30,486 nucleotides of DNA. Origin: Deltaproteobacteria bacterium. Lineage in GTDB: Bacteria > Desulfobacterota > B13-G15 > RBG-16-54-18. This document shows positions 17,128 to 25,463 of this stretch, in pieces. How positions within the stretch are numbered: position 1 is the stretch's first letter; every line of letters begins with the position of its first letter. The translations under genes and the position numbers were made by a program. The stretch spans positions 1 through 30,486 of the forward strand of contig QMLM01000001.1 of the NCBI GenBank assembly GCA_003646745.1. The letters run 5' to 3'. The notes under the pieces are model-generated. The model saw nothing but the letters and a program-made list of their open reading frames with translations, made no database searches and was not told the DNA's origin.

Positions 17128-18819
17128 TCATCGGTCTATCTCCCCCAGGACGATATCAATACTCCCGATGACGGCCACCACATCGGCCACCAGATGCCCT
17201 TTAATCATCTCCGGCAAGGCCGCTAAGTTCACAAAACAAGGGGGTCGAATGCGGTACCGATAAGGGTGATTGCTTCCATCGCTTACCAGATACCAGCCTA
17301 ATTCTCCCTTAGGATTTTCGATACTGGCGTAAACCTCTCCTGGAGGTGGCGATATATCCTCGGACTTGAGCTTGAAGTGACGGATCAGGGCATTGATCTC
17401 CTCCGCTACCAGTTCTTTACTGGGAGGCGTCACCTTGGGGTCATAGTAGTTGACCTCCCCATCAGGGAGCCTGTCTAGGGCCTGATGGATGATTCTGGCA
17501 GACTGCCTCATCTCCTCCAGCCGCACGAGATACCTGTCGTAGACATCTCCCTTCTCGCCGATGGGGATCTCAAAATCAAACTCCTCATAACTAGAATAAG
17601 GAAAGACCTTGCGAATGTCCCACCTGACCCCTGACCCCCTCAGCACTGGACCTGTAAGCCCCCAGTTGATGGCCTCATCCGCCGTGATGACCCCCACATC
17701 TTTGGTCCTCTTCAACCAGATGATGTTCTCAGTAAGCAGCGTCTCATATTCGTGAATGCGTCGGGGAAAATCCTCTAGGAAGGCCCTGATCCTCCCCTCA
17801 ATGCCATCGGGCAAGTCAGCGGCCAGTCCCCCTATGCGCAAAAAGCTGGGGGTGAGCCTGGCACCGGTGACGTGTTCCAGGATGTCAAGGACTGTCTCCC
17901 TTTCCCGGAAGGTGTAAAAGAGCACGGTCATGGCCCCCATGTCCAGGGCATGGGTGGCTAGCCAAAGCAGGTGCGCTGCGATCCTTTGCAGTTCGGCCAG
18001 CATCACCCTAATGTACTGGGCCCTCTTGGGCACCTCTATTCCGAGGAGTTTCTCCACGGCCAGAATATAGGCCAAGTTATTAGATATCCCGGCGGTATAG
18101 TCTAAACGGTCGGTGAGGGTAACAGCTTGTGTATAGGTCATGTTCTCAGCCAATTTCTCCACGCCTCTATGGAGGTGGCCGATGTAGGGGATGGCATCAA
18201 CGATTACCTCCCCATCTAGCTTCAACACCAAACGCAACACCCCATGGGTGGCCGGGTGCTGGGGCCCCATATTTAAGATCATATACCTTTGCCCCTCACC
18301 CGTATCTGGGAACTTCGGTATGACATCGGGGGGCTCTGCCGGCACCTCGTAATGCTCGAAGTCCTCCCCCCGCAACGGAAAGTCCTTCCTCAGGGGATGG
18401 CCCTGGTAACCCTCCCAAGTCAAGATACGGCGCAAATCACTGTGTCCCTCAAAGGGGACCCCTAACATATCGTAAACCTCCCGCTCTAACCAATTGGCCG
18501 CCTTCCAGATCGACTCCACCGTAGAGAGCGCCTCGCCCTCACTTACCGAGGCCTTGATCCTCAACCTCTTATTCCGCCTCATGGAATAGAGGTGGTACAC
18601 TACCTCGAACCTCTCCTCCCTCTGGGGATAATCGACGCCACATATATCGGTGAGGAAATCAAAGGCGAGATCGGGGTCATCACGGAGGAACTTACAGATG
18701 GGGAGGATATCTTCTCGCTTTACCTTAATGGTCATTTCACCCTGAAAGGAGTAGGTCTCCAAGATGGAGTCGGGGAATTGCTCCTTCAGCCTCTTATGGG
18801 CGACCTCCACATCCCACAT
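17128..18819 (-). CDS. nuoCD: Fused NADH-quinone oxidoreductase subunit C/D
   Basis: NuoC part (EREVYDMLG..GHPLRKDFP) fused to NuoD part (NMGPQHPATHGVLRL, DRLDY, SIDIVLGEIDR). No NiFe CxxC motifs. Confidence 0.95.
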   Translation of the reverse strand: MWDVEVAHKRLKEQFPDSILETYSFQGEMTIKVKREDILPICKFLRDDPDLAFDFLTDICGVDYPQREERFEVVYHLYSMRRNKRLRIKASVSEGEALSTVESIWKAANWLEREVYDMLGVPFEGHSDLRRILTWEGYQGHPLRKDFPLRGEDFEHYEVPAEPPDVIPKFPDTGEGQRYMILNMGPQHPATHGVLRLVLKLDGEVIVDAIPYIGHLHRGVEKLAENMTYTQAVTLTDRLDYTAGISNNLAYILAVEKLLGIEVPKRAQYIRVMLAELQRIAAHLLWLATHALDMGAMTVLFYTFRERETVLDILEHVTGARLTPSFLRIGGLAADLPDGIEGRIRAFLEDFPRRIHEYETLLTENIIWLKRTKDVGVITADEAINWGLTGPVLRGSGVRWDIRKVFPYSSYEEFDFEIPIGEKGDVYDRYLVRLEEMRQSARIIHQALDRLPDGEVNYYDPKVTPPSKELVAEEINALIRHFKLKSEDISPPPGEVYASIENPKGELGWYLVSDGSNHPYRYRIRPPCFVNLAALPEMIKGHLVADVVAVIGSIDIVLGEIDR

Positions 18820-18831
18820 ATAATCCCTCTC

Positions 18832-19347
18832 TTATCGAATCTCTTCTGGTTGGAGGGGACGAATCTCATCCTTCCTGTCCAGAAGGCTCTCACCCATGAT
18901 CTTATTCTGCAATTTTATCAAGGCCGTCAAGAGGGCCTCAGGTCTGGGGGGGCAACCTGGCACATAGACATCCACTGGGATGATCTGATCCACCCCTTGC
19001 ACCACATTATAGGTTTGAAATATTCCACCTGAAGAGGCGCAGGCCCCATAAGCGATCACCCATTTAGGCTCAGGCATCTGCTCGTAAATCCTCTTAACCA
19101 TGGGGGCCATCTTTTTGGTAACCGTGCCCGCCACGATCATAAGGTCTGCCTGTCTGGGGGAGGGGCGAAATACCTCAGCGCCAAATCTAGCAATGTCATA
19201 GGCCGCCGAACTGGTGACCATCATCTCCAGGGCGCATCAAGCCAGCCCAAAGGTCACCGGCCAAAGGGAGTTCTTTCGCGCCCAATTGACCAATTTGCTG
19301 AGAGAGGTCGTGATGATGTTATCCCCTAACTTGACCTCTATTCCCAT
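18832..19347 (-). CDS. nuoB: NADH-quinone oxidoreductase subunit B with in-frame TGA at codon 37 (19237-19239); candidate selenoprotein, 171 aa
   Basis: Manual extension upstream of the 130-aa track ORF gives [46 protein letters not shown]..., followed by [16 protein letters not shown] and PGCPPRPEA. The start ATG 19347 overlaps the end of nuoA. Confidence 0.9.
19204..19239 (-). promoter_or_regulatory. Putative bacterial SECIS hairpin directly after the nuoB UGA
   Basis: mRNA UGA-UG-CGCC-CUGG-AGA-UGA-[UGG]-UCA-CCAG-UUC-GGCG folds by hand into CGCC/GGCG, CUGG/CCAG and UGA/UCA stems, with a G-containing apical loop 16 nt after the UGA. Not computed. Confidence 0.6.
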
Positions 19348-19694
19348 TCCAGCGCTCCTTTCCTCCATACATATATAAAACCCAATAATAGAATAAAAAT
19401 GAAAATCATCATCTCCACAAAGCCAAATATCCCTAACTCCCTAAAGACCACCGCCCAAGGGTACAAAAAGACCACCTCTAGGTCAAAGACCAAAAAGAGC
19501 ATGGCGATGATGTAATACTTTATCGGAATGGCCTGATGGGTGGGGCCTAAAGAGATCATCCCACACTCATAGGGAGCAGCTTTTACCGGATGGACCCTCT
19601 TAGGCCCCAACAGATGGGAGAGGAAGACGACAAAGACGGCAAAAAATATAGACAAGGCCAATAAAAACAGAACAGGCACATACTTAATGAGCAT
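19338..19694 (-). CDS. nuoA: NADH-quinone oxidoreductase subunit A
   Basis: [28 protein letters not shown] and WRKGALEWE motifs. Confidence 0.95.
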   Translation of the reverse strand: MLIKYVPVLFLLALSIFFAVFVVFLSHLLGPKRVHPVKAAPYECGMISLGPTHQAIPIKYYIIAMLFLVFDLEVVFLYPWAVVFRELGIFGFVEMMIFIFILLLGFIYVWRKGALEWE

Positions 19695-19739
19695 CAGATC
19701 TCCCCCCCTTAAGTTATGACCTGGGCTTGACGCCTAGAT

Positions 19740-19768
19740 CTATTACAACATCGATCTAAATTTGTCAA
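19740..19768 (-). promoter_or_regulatory. Candidate sigma70 promoter of the nuo block
   Basis: Minus-strand TTGACA (19768-19763) followed after 17 nt by a weak -10 (TAATAG). Confidence 0.35.
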
Positions 19769-19937
19769 GGGGAAAATCGTAGTTTTGTGAAAATAGTAGC
19801 TATCTAAATTGACCTCCAAAAACTCCTCTAATAGTGCTATCTTTTGCCTTAAAATCTTTTGTCTATAGTGGTTGAGAGGTCGAAATTCAAGTTAGACTAA
19901 AGATTCTTTTTGAGATAAAATAGGCCATCAATCAGCT

Positions 19938-20918
19938 ATGTTAGATATGTTAGACACGATGTATCTTGGTGTTGATGTAGGTTCCATCACCACTAAAGTG
20001 GTGGCCATTGATGAGGCGGACCAGATCAGGGCCAAGGTCTATCTGCGTAACATCGGCAGGCCCCTAGAGGCGATAAAGAAAGGGCTCCGTATGATAAAGG
20101 ACCAACTCGGGGACAACCTGGAGGTTCAAGGGATAGGGACTACGGGGAGCGCCCGCCACCTAGCGGCTTACCTCTTGGGGGCAGATGTGGTGAAAAACGA
20201 GATCACCGCCCATGCCGTGGCCGTAGTCGACTTCCTCCCCGAGGTCCAAACCATTATCGAGATCGGCGGACAGGACTCCAAGATCATCATCTTACAGGAG
20301 GGGGTGGTGGTGGACTTTGCCATGAACACGGTATGTGCGGCAGGGACTGGCTCCTTTTTGGATCAACAGGCCGCCCGGTTGGGGATATCTGTGGAAGAAT
20401 TCGGTCAGTTGGCCCTAAAGGCGACAAAAAGGGTGAGGATAGCGGGCAGATGCACAGTCTTTGCCGAGACCGATATGATCCACAAACAGCAGCTGGGCTT
20501 TCAAACTGAGGAGATCATTGCCGGGCTCTGCAGCTCCCTGGTCAAGAACTATCTCAACGACGTGGCCAGAGGAAAAGATCTCCTCCCCCCATTGGTATTT
20601 CAGGGCGGCGTGGCTGCCAATCCGGGCATAAGGAAGGCATTCGAAGAGGAGCTAGGGGTGCCCTTGGTGATCCCTCCCCACTTTGAAGTCATGGGGGCCC
20701 TCGGGGCAGCGAAACTTGCCCGCCGAGCTGGTGTATCCAGTAGCAAGTTTAAAGGATTTGATATAGCTCACAGCGAATGTTTCACCCGCAGTATAGAGTG
20801 TGACGGGTGCGGGAACAATTGTGAGGTGATAGAATTGATAGTGAATGGAGAAACCATCGCCTACTGGGGTGACAGGTGCGGTAAGTTCAGCGAGGCCTTC
20901 CGCTCCAAAGAGGGATGA
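19938..20918 (+). CDS. Acyl-CoA dehydratase activase (BadF/BadG/BcrA/BcrD, HgdC-like [4Fe-4S] ATPase) with Cys-rich C-terminal tail
   Basis: GVDVGSITTK, NEITAH, EIGGQDSK, CAAGTGSFLD, RCTVFAE and GGVAAN motifs; tail CDGCGNNC..GDRC. Start uncertain (19938, 19947 or 19959). Confidence 0.85.
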   Translation: MLDMLDTMYLGVDVGSITTKVVAIDEADQIRAKVYLRNIGRPLEAIKKGLRMIKDQLGDNLEVQGIGTTGSARHLAAYLLGADVVKNEITAHAVAVVDFLPEVQTIIEIGGQDSKIIILQEGVVVDFAMNTVCAAGTGSFLDQQAARLGISVEEFGQLALKATKRVRIAGRCTVFAETDMIHKQQLGFQTEEIIAGLCSSLVKNYLNDVARGKDLLPPLVFQGGVAANPGIRKAFEEELGVPLVIPPHFEVMGALGAAKLARRAGVSSSKFKGFDIAHSECFTRSIECDGCGNNCEVIELIVNGETIAYWGDRCGKFSEAFRSKEG

Positions 20919-22276
20919 GGATTTTACTGACAAACCCGGCCAATGCCGGCATCCTCAGGGCAATAGGAGTTCACTTCCCCCCCATGGTGCTGTGGTATCT
21001 AGGCGCATACCTAGAAAAAGAGGGGTATCAGGTGGAGATAAGGGACTTTTGCGTCCCTGGGAAAAGGCCCAACTACTCTCAATATGATCTAGTGGGCATC
21101 TCCACTGATACCACTCGCCACTTCAAGGCCATGGAGATCGCTCGGAGGGCAAAAGAAGCGGGCTGCACGGTGGTGATGGGAGGACCCCATCCATGTTATA
21201 TAGATGAGGAGATGTTCGCCAGCCGATGGGTGGATTTCATCGTCCATGGGGAGGGAGAGATAACCCTTTTGGAACTGGTCAGGGCCCTGGAAAAGGGGGA
21301 AAAGGATCTAGAAAGGATAAAGGGGATCAGCTTTCAAAGGGATGGTGAGGTGGTGAGAACCCCACCTCGCCCTTTTATCCAAGATCTGGATTCTTTGCCT
21401 TTGCCTGCACGCCACCTGATAGATATGGGTCTCTATCGAAGGACCAGATTTGGCAACCGGGCTATCACCCCTGTGGTAACGAGCAGGGGTTGCCCGGCAA
21501 ATTGCAACTTTTGTTCTTCTTCCAGCTTTTTCGGCAGAAAGTGGAGGGCCAGAAGTCCGGAATCGGTGGTGGAAGAATTGGAAGAACTACAATATAAATA
21601 TGGTTTTAGAGCTGTGGCCTTCGTCGACGACAATTTTACCCTCTCCCCTAAAAGGGTAATGGCCATCTCTGAGGGCATCATCAAAAAAGGGCTGGATATC
21701 TGGTGGTGGAATTTCTCTCGGGCAGAGACCATTGTGAAAAACGAGGAGATGCTGAAGGTGATGAAGAGGGCTGGGGCCAAGACCATCTATATCGGGGTGG
21801 AGAGCGCCAGCCCTCAGACCCTCGTCGAACTCGGAAAGAGGATGGACCTGAATACGGTGGTGAAGGCGGTAGAGGTATTAAAAAAACATGGCTTTGAGAT
21901 ATTCGCCAGCTATATTTTGGGAAGTCCCGGCGATAAAGTGAAGGACATCCATGAGACCATTCGCTTTGCCAAAAGACTGGATACCAATGTGGCCCAGTTC
22001 TCCATCCTCACCCCCTATCCAGGCACCTCCCTTTATGAAGAACTGAAGCACAAGATCTGGACACGACACTGGCCCTTCTATGACTCCCAACACTTGGTAT
22101 ATAGACACGATCACATATCCTTTATCAGGATGGAGTGGCTATTGTTGAAAGCCAATCTCCTCTATTACACACGTTCCCGAAAGGCCTTAAAGGATGTTTG
22201 GCGTGTGGCCAAAAGACATAAACTGGGGTGGGGGACACTTTTGAAGTTTCTCCGAGACTACTTCTGGGGTAAGTGA
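20915..22276 (+). CDS. B12-binding-domain radical SAM protein
   Basis: N-terminal cobalamin-binding domain (LVGIS..VVMGGPHP..GEGE), SRGCPANCNFC (CxxxCxxC), FVDDNF and GVES motifs. ATGA overlap with the activase. Confidence 0.9.
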   Translation: MRILLTNPANAGILRAIGVHFPPMVLWYLGAYLEKEGYQVEIRDFCVPGKRPNYSQYDLVGISTDTTRHFKAMEIARRAKEAGCTVVMGGPHPCYIDEEMFASRWVDFIVHGEGEITLLELVRALEKGEKDLERIKGISFQRDGEVVRTPPRPFIQDLDSLPLPARHLIDMGLYRRTRFGNRAITPVVTSRGCPANCNFCSSSSFFGRKWRARSPESVVEELEELQYKYGFRAVAFVDDNFTLSPKRVMAISEGIIKKGLDIWWWNFSRAETIVKNEEMLKVMKRAGAKTIYIGVESASPQTLVELGKRMDLNTVVKAVEVLKKHGFEIFASYILGSPGDKVKDIHETIRFAKRLDTNVAQFSILTPYPGTSLYEELKHKIWTRHWPFYDSQHLVYRHDHISFIRMEWLLLKANLLYYTRSRKALKDVWRVAKRHKLGWGTLLKFLRDYFWGK

Positions 22277-23178
22277 AGATGCGCTCTGGGGGGCGGCTCA
22301 ACAGATTCTTCTTCCTTTTTTGGTTTTATTTCTTCGCCACCATCATTCCCCGTCCTTTACAGAGGGTTTTCACCATCTCCATAGGCACTCTTTTTTACCT
22401 GCTTATGCCCAAGACCAGGCAAGCGGTGAAGGAAAACCTAAAGGTGATCGGGAGGGGAAGGTGGGGTAAAAAGGAGATAGCCGCCCTTGCCAGAAGTACT
22501 TTCCAAAACTACGGGCAATACCTCCTCGACTATATGGTGATGCATCGTCTAAGCTCCAAGAACAAAGGCAAAACGGTTGAGCGGGAACTGGGACATGAAA
22601 ATATGATTGAAGCCCTGGACAGGGGAAAGGGGGTCATCTGCATCACCCCTCACCTAGGCAACTGGGAACTGGGGGGGTTGTTGCTTGCCTTCAAGGGCTG
22701 TGACCTGTACGTCCTCACCCTTGATGAAGTCGATCCCAAGATCAAGGCCTTCCGGGAGCGGATGAGGGCAGCAAAGGGGATCAAAAACATCTACATAGAC
22801 CCCGAAAACCCAACCCCCTCTGCTATCTTGGAGGTGGTGAGGGTCCTTAAGGAAAATAAGGTAGTGGCTATGTTAGGAGACCGTTCAGGAGGGGCCAACA
22901 CCATTGAATTGGACTTTTTCGGGCGCAGGACCCCTTTCCCCACGGGTGCCGCCACCTTGGCCATGACAACAGGAGCAGCGGTTTTGCCCGTCTTCGTCAT
23001 ACTAAAAGGTGGCAAGTACTGGGGGATCATCGAACGTCCTATTTACTTCCATAGCTCTTCTCAGCAAGGCAAAGAGAGCGAGATCAGGCGGGGGATGGAG
23101 AAGCTGGTAAGGACCTTTGAAAGGTACATCGGGGAGTACCCCGACCAATGGTATAATTTCTTCCCCTATTGGTCCTGA
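22273..23178 (+). CDS. LpxL/HtrB-family (lysophospholipid/lipid A) acyltransferase
   Basis: GKGVICITPHLGNWE, MLGDR, FFGRRTPFP, and C-terminal YPDQWY motifs. GTGA overlap with the radical SAM gene. Confidence 0.85.
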   Translation: MKMRSGGRLNRFFFLFWFYFFATIIPRPLQRVFTISIGTLFYLLMPKTRQAVKENLKVIGRGRWGKKEIAALARSTFQNYGQYLLDYMVMHRLSSKNKGKTVERELGHENMIEALDRGKGVICITPHLGNWELGGLLLAFKGCDLYVLTLDEVDPKIKAFRERMRAAKGIKNIYIDPENPTPSAILEVVRVLKENKVVAMLGDRSGGANTIELDFFGRRTPFPTGAATLAMTTGAAVLPVFVILKGGKYWGIIERPIYFHSSSQQGKESEIRRGMEKLVRTFERYIGEYPDQWYNFFPYWS

Positions 23179-23199
23179 GATCTCACCATCAAAGACATA

Positions 23200-23228
23200 T
23201 TGATTTTAAAAAAATTATGGCCTAAAAT
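23200..23228 (+). promoter_or_regulatory. Candidate sigma70 promoter for the UPF0104 gene
   Basis: TTGATT-17 nt-TAAAAT in an AT-rich gap. Confidence 0.5.
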
Positions 23229-23317
23229 GAATGGCTCTTTGAGCTATCTGTTGGCCTCTTAATACCTTAAGGTTCCAATGTAAGAATTAAAGCGGCTTTT
23301 GACGGCAAATAGCGGTC

Positions 23318-24388
23318 ATGGAGCAAGTACCCCTAAAACCCAGACCTCTTATAACGAAAAGGGGAATCATCGCCTTTGTCTCCATCAGCCTAGCGGCTGC
23401 ATGGATCCTGCTATCCATGTCCTCCTCCCCGGAAACCTGGCAAAATCTGCACCATATAAAGGTAGTCCCACTGCTGCTTTTGGTTGCCGCAGTGATTGCG
23501 ATGTGGTGGCTTGATCTGCTGCGGTTGCGGATTCTTACTTGGGGGGCTAACTCCGATTTTAGCACGTGGTTCGGCTTTCAGTTGGTCTGGGTGAACTTAT
23601 TGGTCTGTGCCGTTACTCCCTTTGAGAGCGGGGGAGGACCAGCCCAGATCATGATGATGACAAAAAAGGGAATCCCCGTAGGTAAAGGAATGGCCATTAC
23701 TTCCATTCGCTCGACCATCACCCTGATATTGCTCTCTTGCACCACTTTGCTGGTGCTCAACTTCTGGCCCCAAATGATGCCCCATTGGCCTCTGAGAAGG
23801 CTATTTTTAGGGATCTCCTTCCCTATCCTTCTATCCATCCTTATCCTGGCGGGGGGGTTGTTCTTCCCCGAAAGGTTAAAATCATGGGGGAAAAAGGTAA
23901 CCTCTTTTTTGCAAAGGTACAGGTTCATCAAGCCAGCCTGGACGGAACGATGGAAGGAGTTCCTCTTCAATATAGTGGATGATCTGAGTGACACCTGTAG
24001 GGGATATATAAGGGAAGGAAAAAGACACCTGATTGGAGCGACACTGATTACCATACTGTTCCTTTGCGCCCATTTTTCCATAGCCCCCCTTATCTTCTGG
24101 TCTTTGGGGGCCCACATCTCCTTCCTGCGGACCATCTTGATCCAGGTCGTCTTAACACTAATGATCTACTTCATCCCCACACCCGGAAGCAGCGGTGCGG
24201 CGGAGGGGGGGTTTTTTCTCCTCTTTTCGCCCTTGATACCTGGCCCAATATTGGGTATATCTGTCCTGCTGTGGCGCTTCTTTACCGTCTATCTTGGGGT
24301 ATTGCTGGGGGCCTTTTCCATCACCCATATCACCCCTTTTTGGACGAAATTGACGGCTCCGGAAAAAATTGTATCCGGGAGGTCTTGA
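23318..24388 (+). CDS. UPF0104 / lysylphosphatidylglycerol-synthase-TM (flippase-like) membrane protein
   Basis: Multiple hydrophobic segments; VTPFESGGGPAQ, IPTPGSSGAAEGGF and LLWRFFT motifs. Confidence 0.75.
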   Translation: MEQVPLKPRPLITKRGIIAFVSISLAAAWILLSMSSSPETWQNLHHIKVVPLLLLVAAVIAMWWLDLLRLRILTWGANSDFSTWFGFQLVWVNLLVCAVTPFESGGGPAQIMMMTKKGIPVGKGMAITSIRSTITLILLSCTTLLVLNFWPQMMPHWPLRRLFLGISFPILLSILILAGGLFFPERLKSWGKKVTSFLQRYRFIKPAWTERWKEFLFNIVDDLSDTCRGYIREGKRHLIGATLITILFLCAHFSIAPLIFWSLGAHISFLRTILIQVVLTLMIYFIPTPGSSGAAEGGFFLLFSPLIPGPILGISVLLWRFFTVYLGVLLGAFSITHITPFWTKLTAPEKIVSGRS

Positions 24389-24413
24389 CAAAGAAAAATA
24401 AAGTTGATATTAA
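24385..24413 (+). promoter_or_regulatory. Candidate sigma70 promoter of the str operon
   Basis: TTGACA (24385-24390), 17 nt, TATTAA with a TG extension, followed by an AT-rich tract. Confidence 0.55.
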
Positions 24414-24591
24414 TATAAAGTTTTACAAAAATTTCATACAAAAGAAGGGCCCGAGGAAATTCTATGAGCGCAGGATAGCTAAGAACAAAAGAAATAGATA
24501 ATTTAAGAAGGGGATTTCCGCGGGCTGCGGCGAAGGAGAATATTTTTGCCCTTTTTAAAAGGGTTTTCTTTTATGGTCTGGGAGGTTGCTG

Positions 24592-24963
24592 ATGCCTACC
24601 ATTAATCAATTGGTGAGAAAAGGCAGGGAGATAATCAAGAAAAAGACTTCTTCTCCGGCCCTGCGGGGGTGCCCTCAAAAACGGGGGGTGTGCGTGAGGG
24701 TCTACACCACCACCCCTAAGAAACCAAACTCAGCCCTGAGGAAGGTGGCCAGGGTCCGCCTTACCAATGGGATGGAGGTAACCGCCTACATCCCCGGTAT
24801 CGGCCATAACCTCCAAGAACATTCGGTGGTGCTGGTGAGGGGAGGAAGAGTAAAGGACTTGCCAGGAGTTCGTTACCATATCATCAGGGGAGCCCTGGAT
24901 GCCCTTGGTGTCGAAGATAGAAGAAAATCTCGTTCTAAATATGGAACGAAAAAGCCCAAATAA
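24592..24963 (+). CDS. rpsL: 30S ribosomal protein S12
   Basis: [34 protein letters not shown]; GGAGG upstream of ATG 24592. Confidence 0.99.
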   Translation: MPTINQLVRKGREIIKKKTSSPALRGCPQKRGVCVRVYTTTPKKPNSALRKVARVRLTNGMEVTAYIPGIGHNLQEHSVVLVRGGRVKDLPGVRYHIIRGALDALGVEDRRKSRSKYGTKKPK

Positions 24964-24977
24964 AATGGGAGATTAAG

Positions 24978-25448
24978 ATGCCGAGAAGAGGGGTAGTAAA
25001 AAAGAGACAGATCCAGCCTGATCCTAAATATAAAGATGTCTTGGTGGCCAAGTTCATCAACTGCATCATGCGAGACGGGAAAAAGAGCCTGGCCGAGAGG
25101 ATATTCTATAATTCTTTGGAAATCTTAAGGGATAGGATAAAGGATGATCCCCTCAAGGTCTTCAAACAGGCAGTGGACAATGTAAAGCCTGTGCTGGAGG
25201 TGAAGCCGCGGCGGGTAGGAGGGGCAACCTATCAAGTCCCAGTGGAAGTGAGGCCAGATCGTCGAACGAGTTTGGCCATTCGCTGGATAATCCAGTTCGC
25301 TAAGTCCCGTCCAGAAAAGACAATGCAGGAGAGACTGGCTGCAGAGCTCTTAGATGCCGCCAATAACAGGGGGGCATCCATTAAAAAGAAAGAGGATACC
25401 CATAGGATGGCTGAGGCCAATAAGGCCTTTGCCCACTATCGCTGGTAG
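24978..25448 (+). CDS. rpsG: 30S ribosomal protein S7
   Basis: [34 protein letters not shown]. Confidence 0.99.
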   Translation: MPRRGVVKKRQIQPDPKYKDVLVAKFINCIMRDGKKSLAERIFYNSLEILRDRIKDDPLKVFKQAVDNVKPVLEVKPRRVGGATYQVPVEVRPDRRTSLAIRWIIQFAKSRPEKTMQERLAAELLDAANNRGASIKKKEDTHRMAEANKAFAHYRW

Positions 25449-25463
25449 GGAGGACTTCAAAGA

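Noticed and set aside
18832-19224. The 130-aa ORF-track version of nuoB as the complete gene, or nuoB as a pseudogene
   Set aside because: It would lack the N-terminus and both tandem N2 ligands. The upstream frame is intact and NuoB-like up to a start overlapping nuoA. A nonsense mutation remains a formal alternative and is listed as a refutation test.
19237-19239. Genome-wide UGA reassignment (genetic code 4 or 25) as the explanation
   Set aside because: TGA ends several genes at their normal C-termini here (secE, nusG, rplK, fusA), and the aligned residue is Cys rather than Trp or Gly.
17128-19347. Group 4 [NiFe]-hydrogenase (Ech/Hyf) instead of complex I
   Set aside because: The D subunit has no N- or C-terminal CxxC Ni-binding motifs (it ends IDIVLGEIDR) and keeps the quinone-site His and Tyr; a full NuoAHJKLMN set is present.
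19785-19802. Rex operator upstream of nuoA (TTGTGAA...)
   Set aside because: Only the left arm matches; the right arm matches 3 of 7 positions.
19937-19954. Short tandem repeat TATGTTAGA x2 at the activase start
   Set aside because: Only two 9-bp units; it makes the start codon ambiguous but shows no sign of function.
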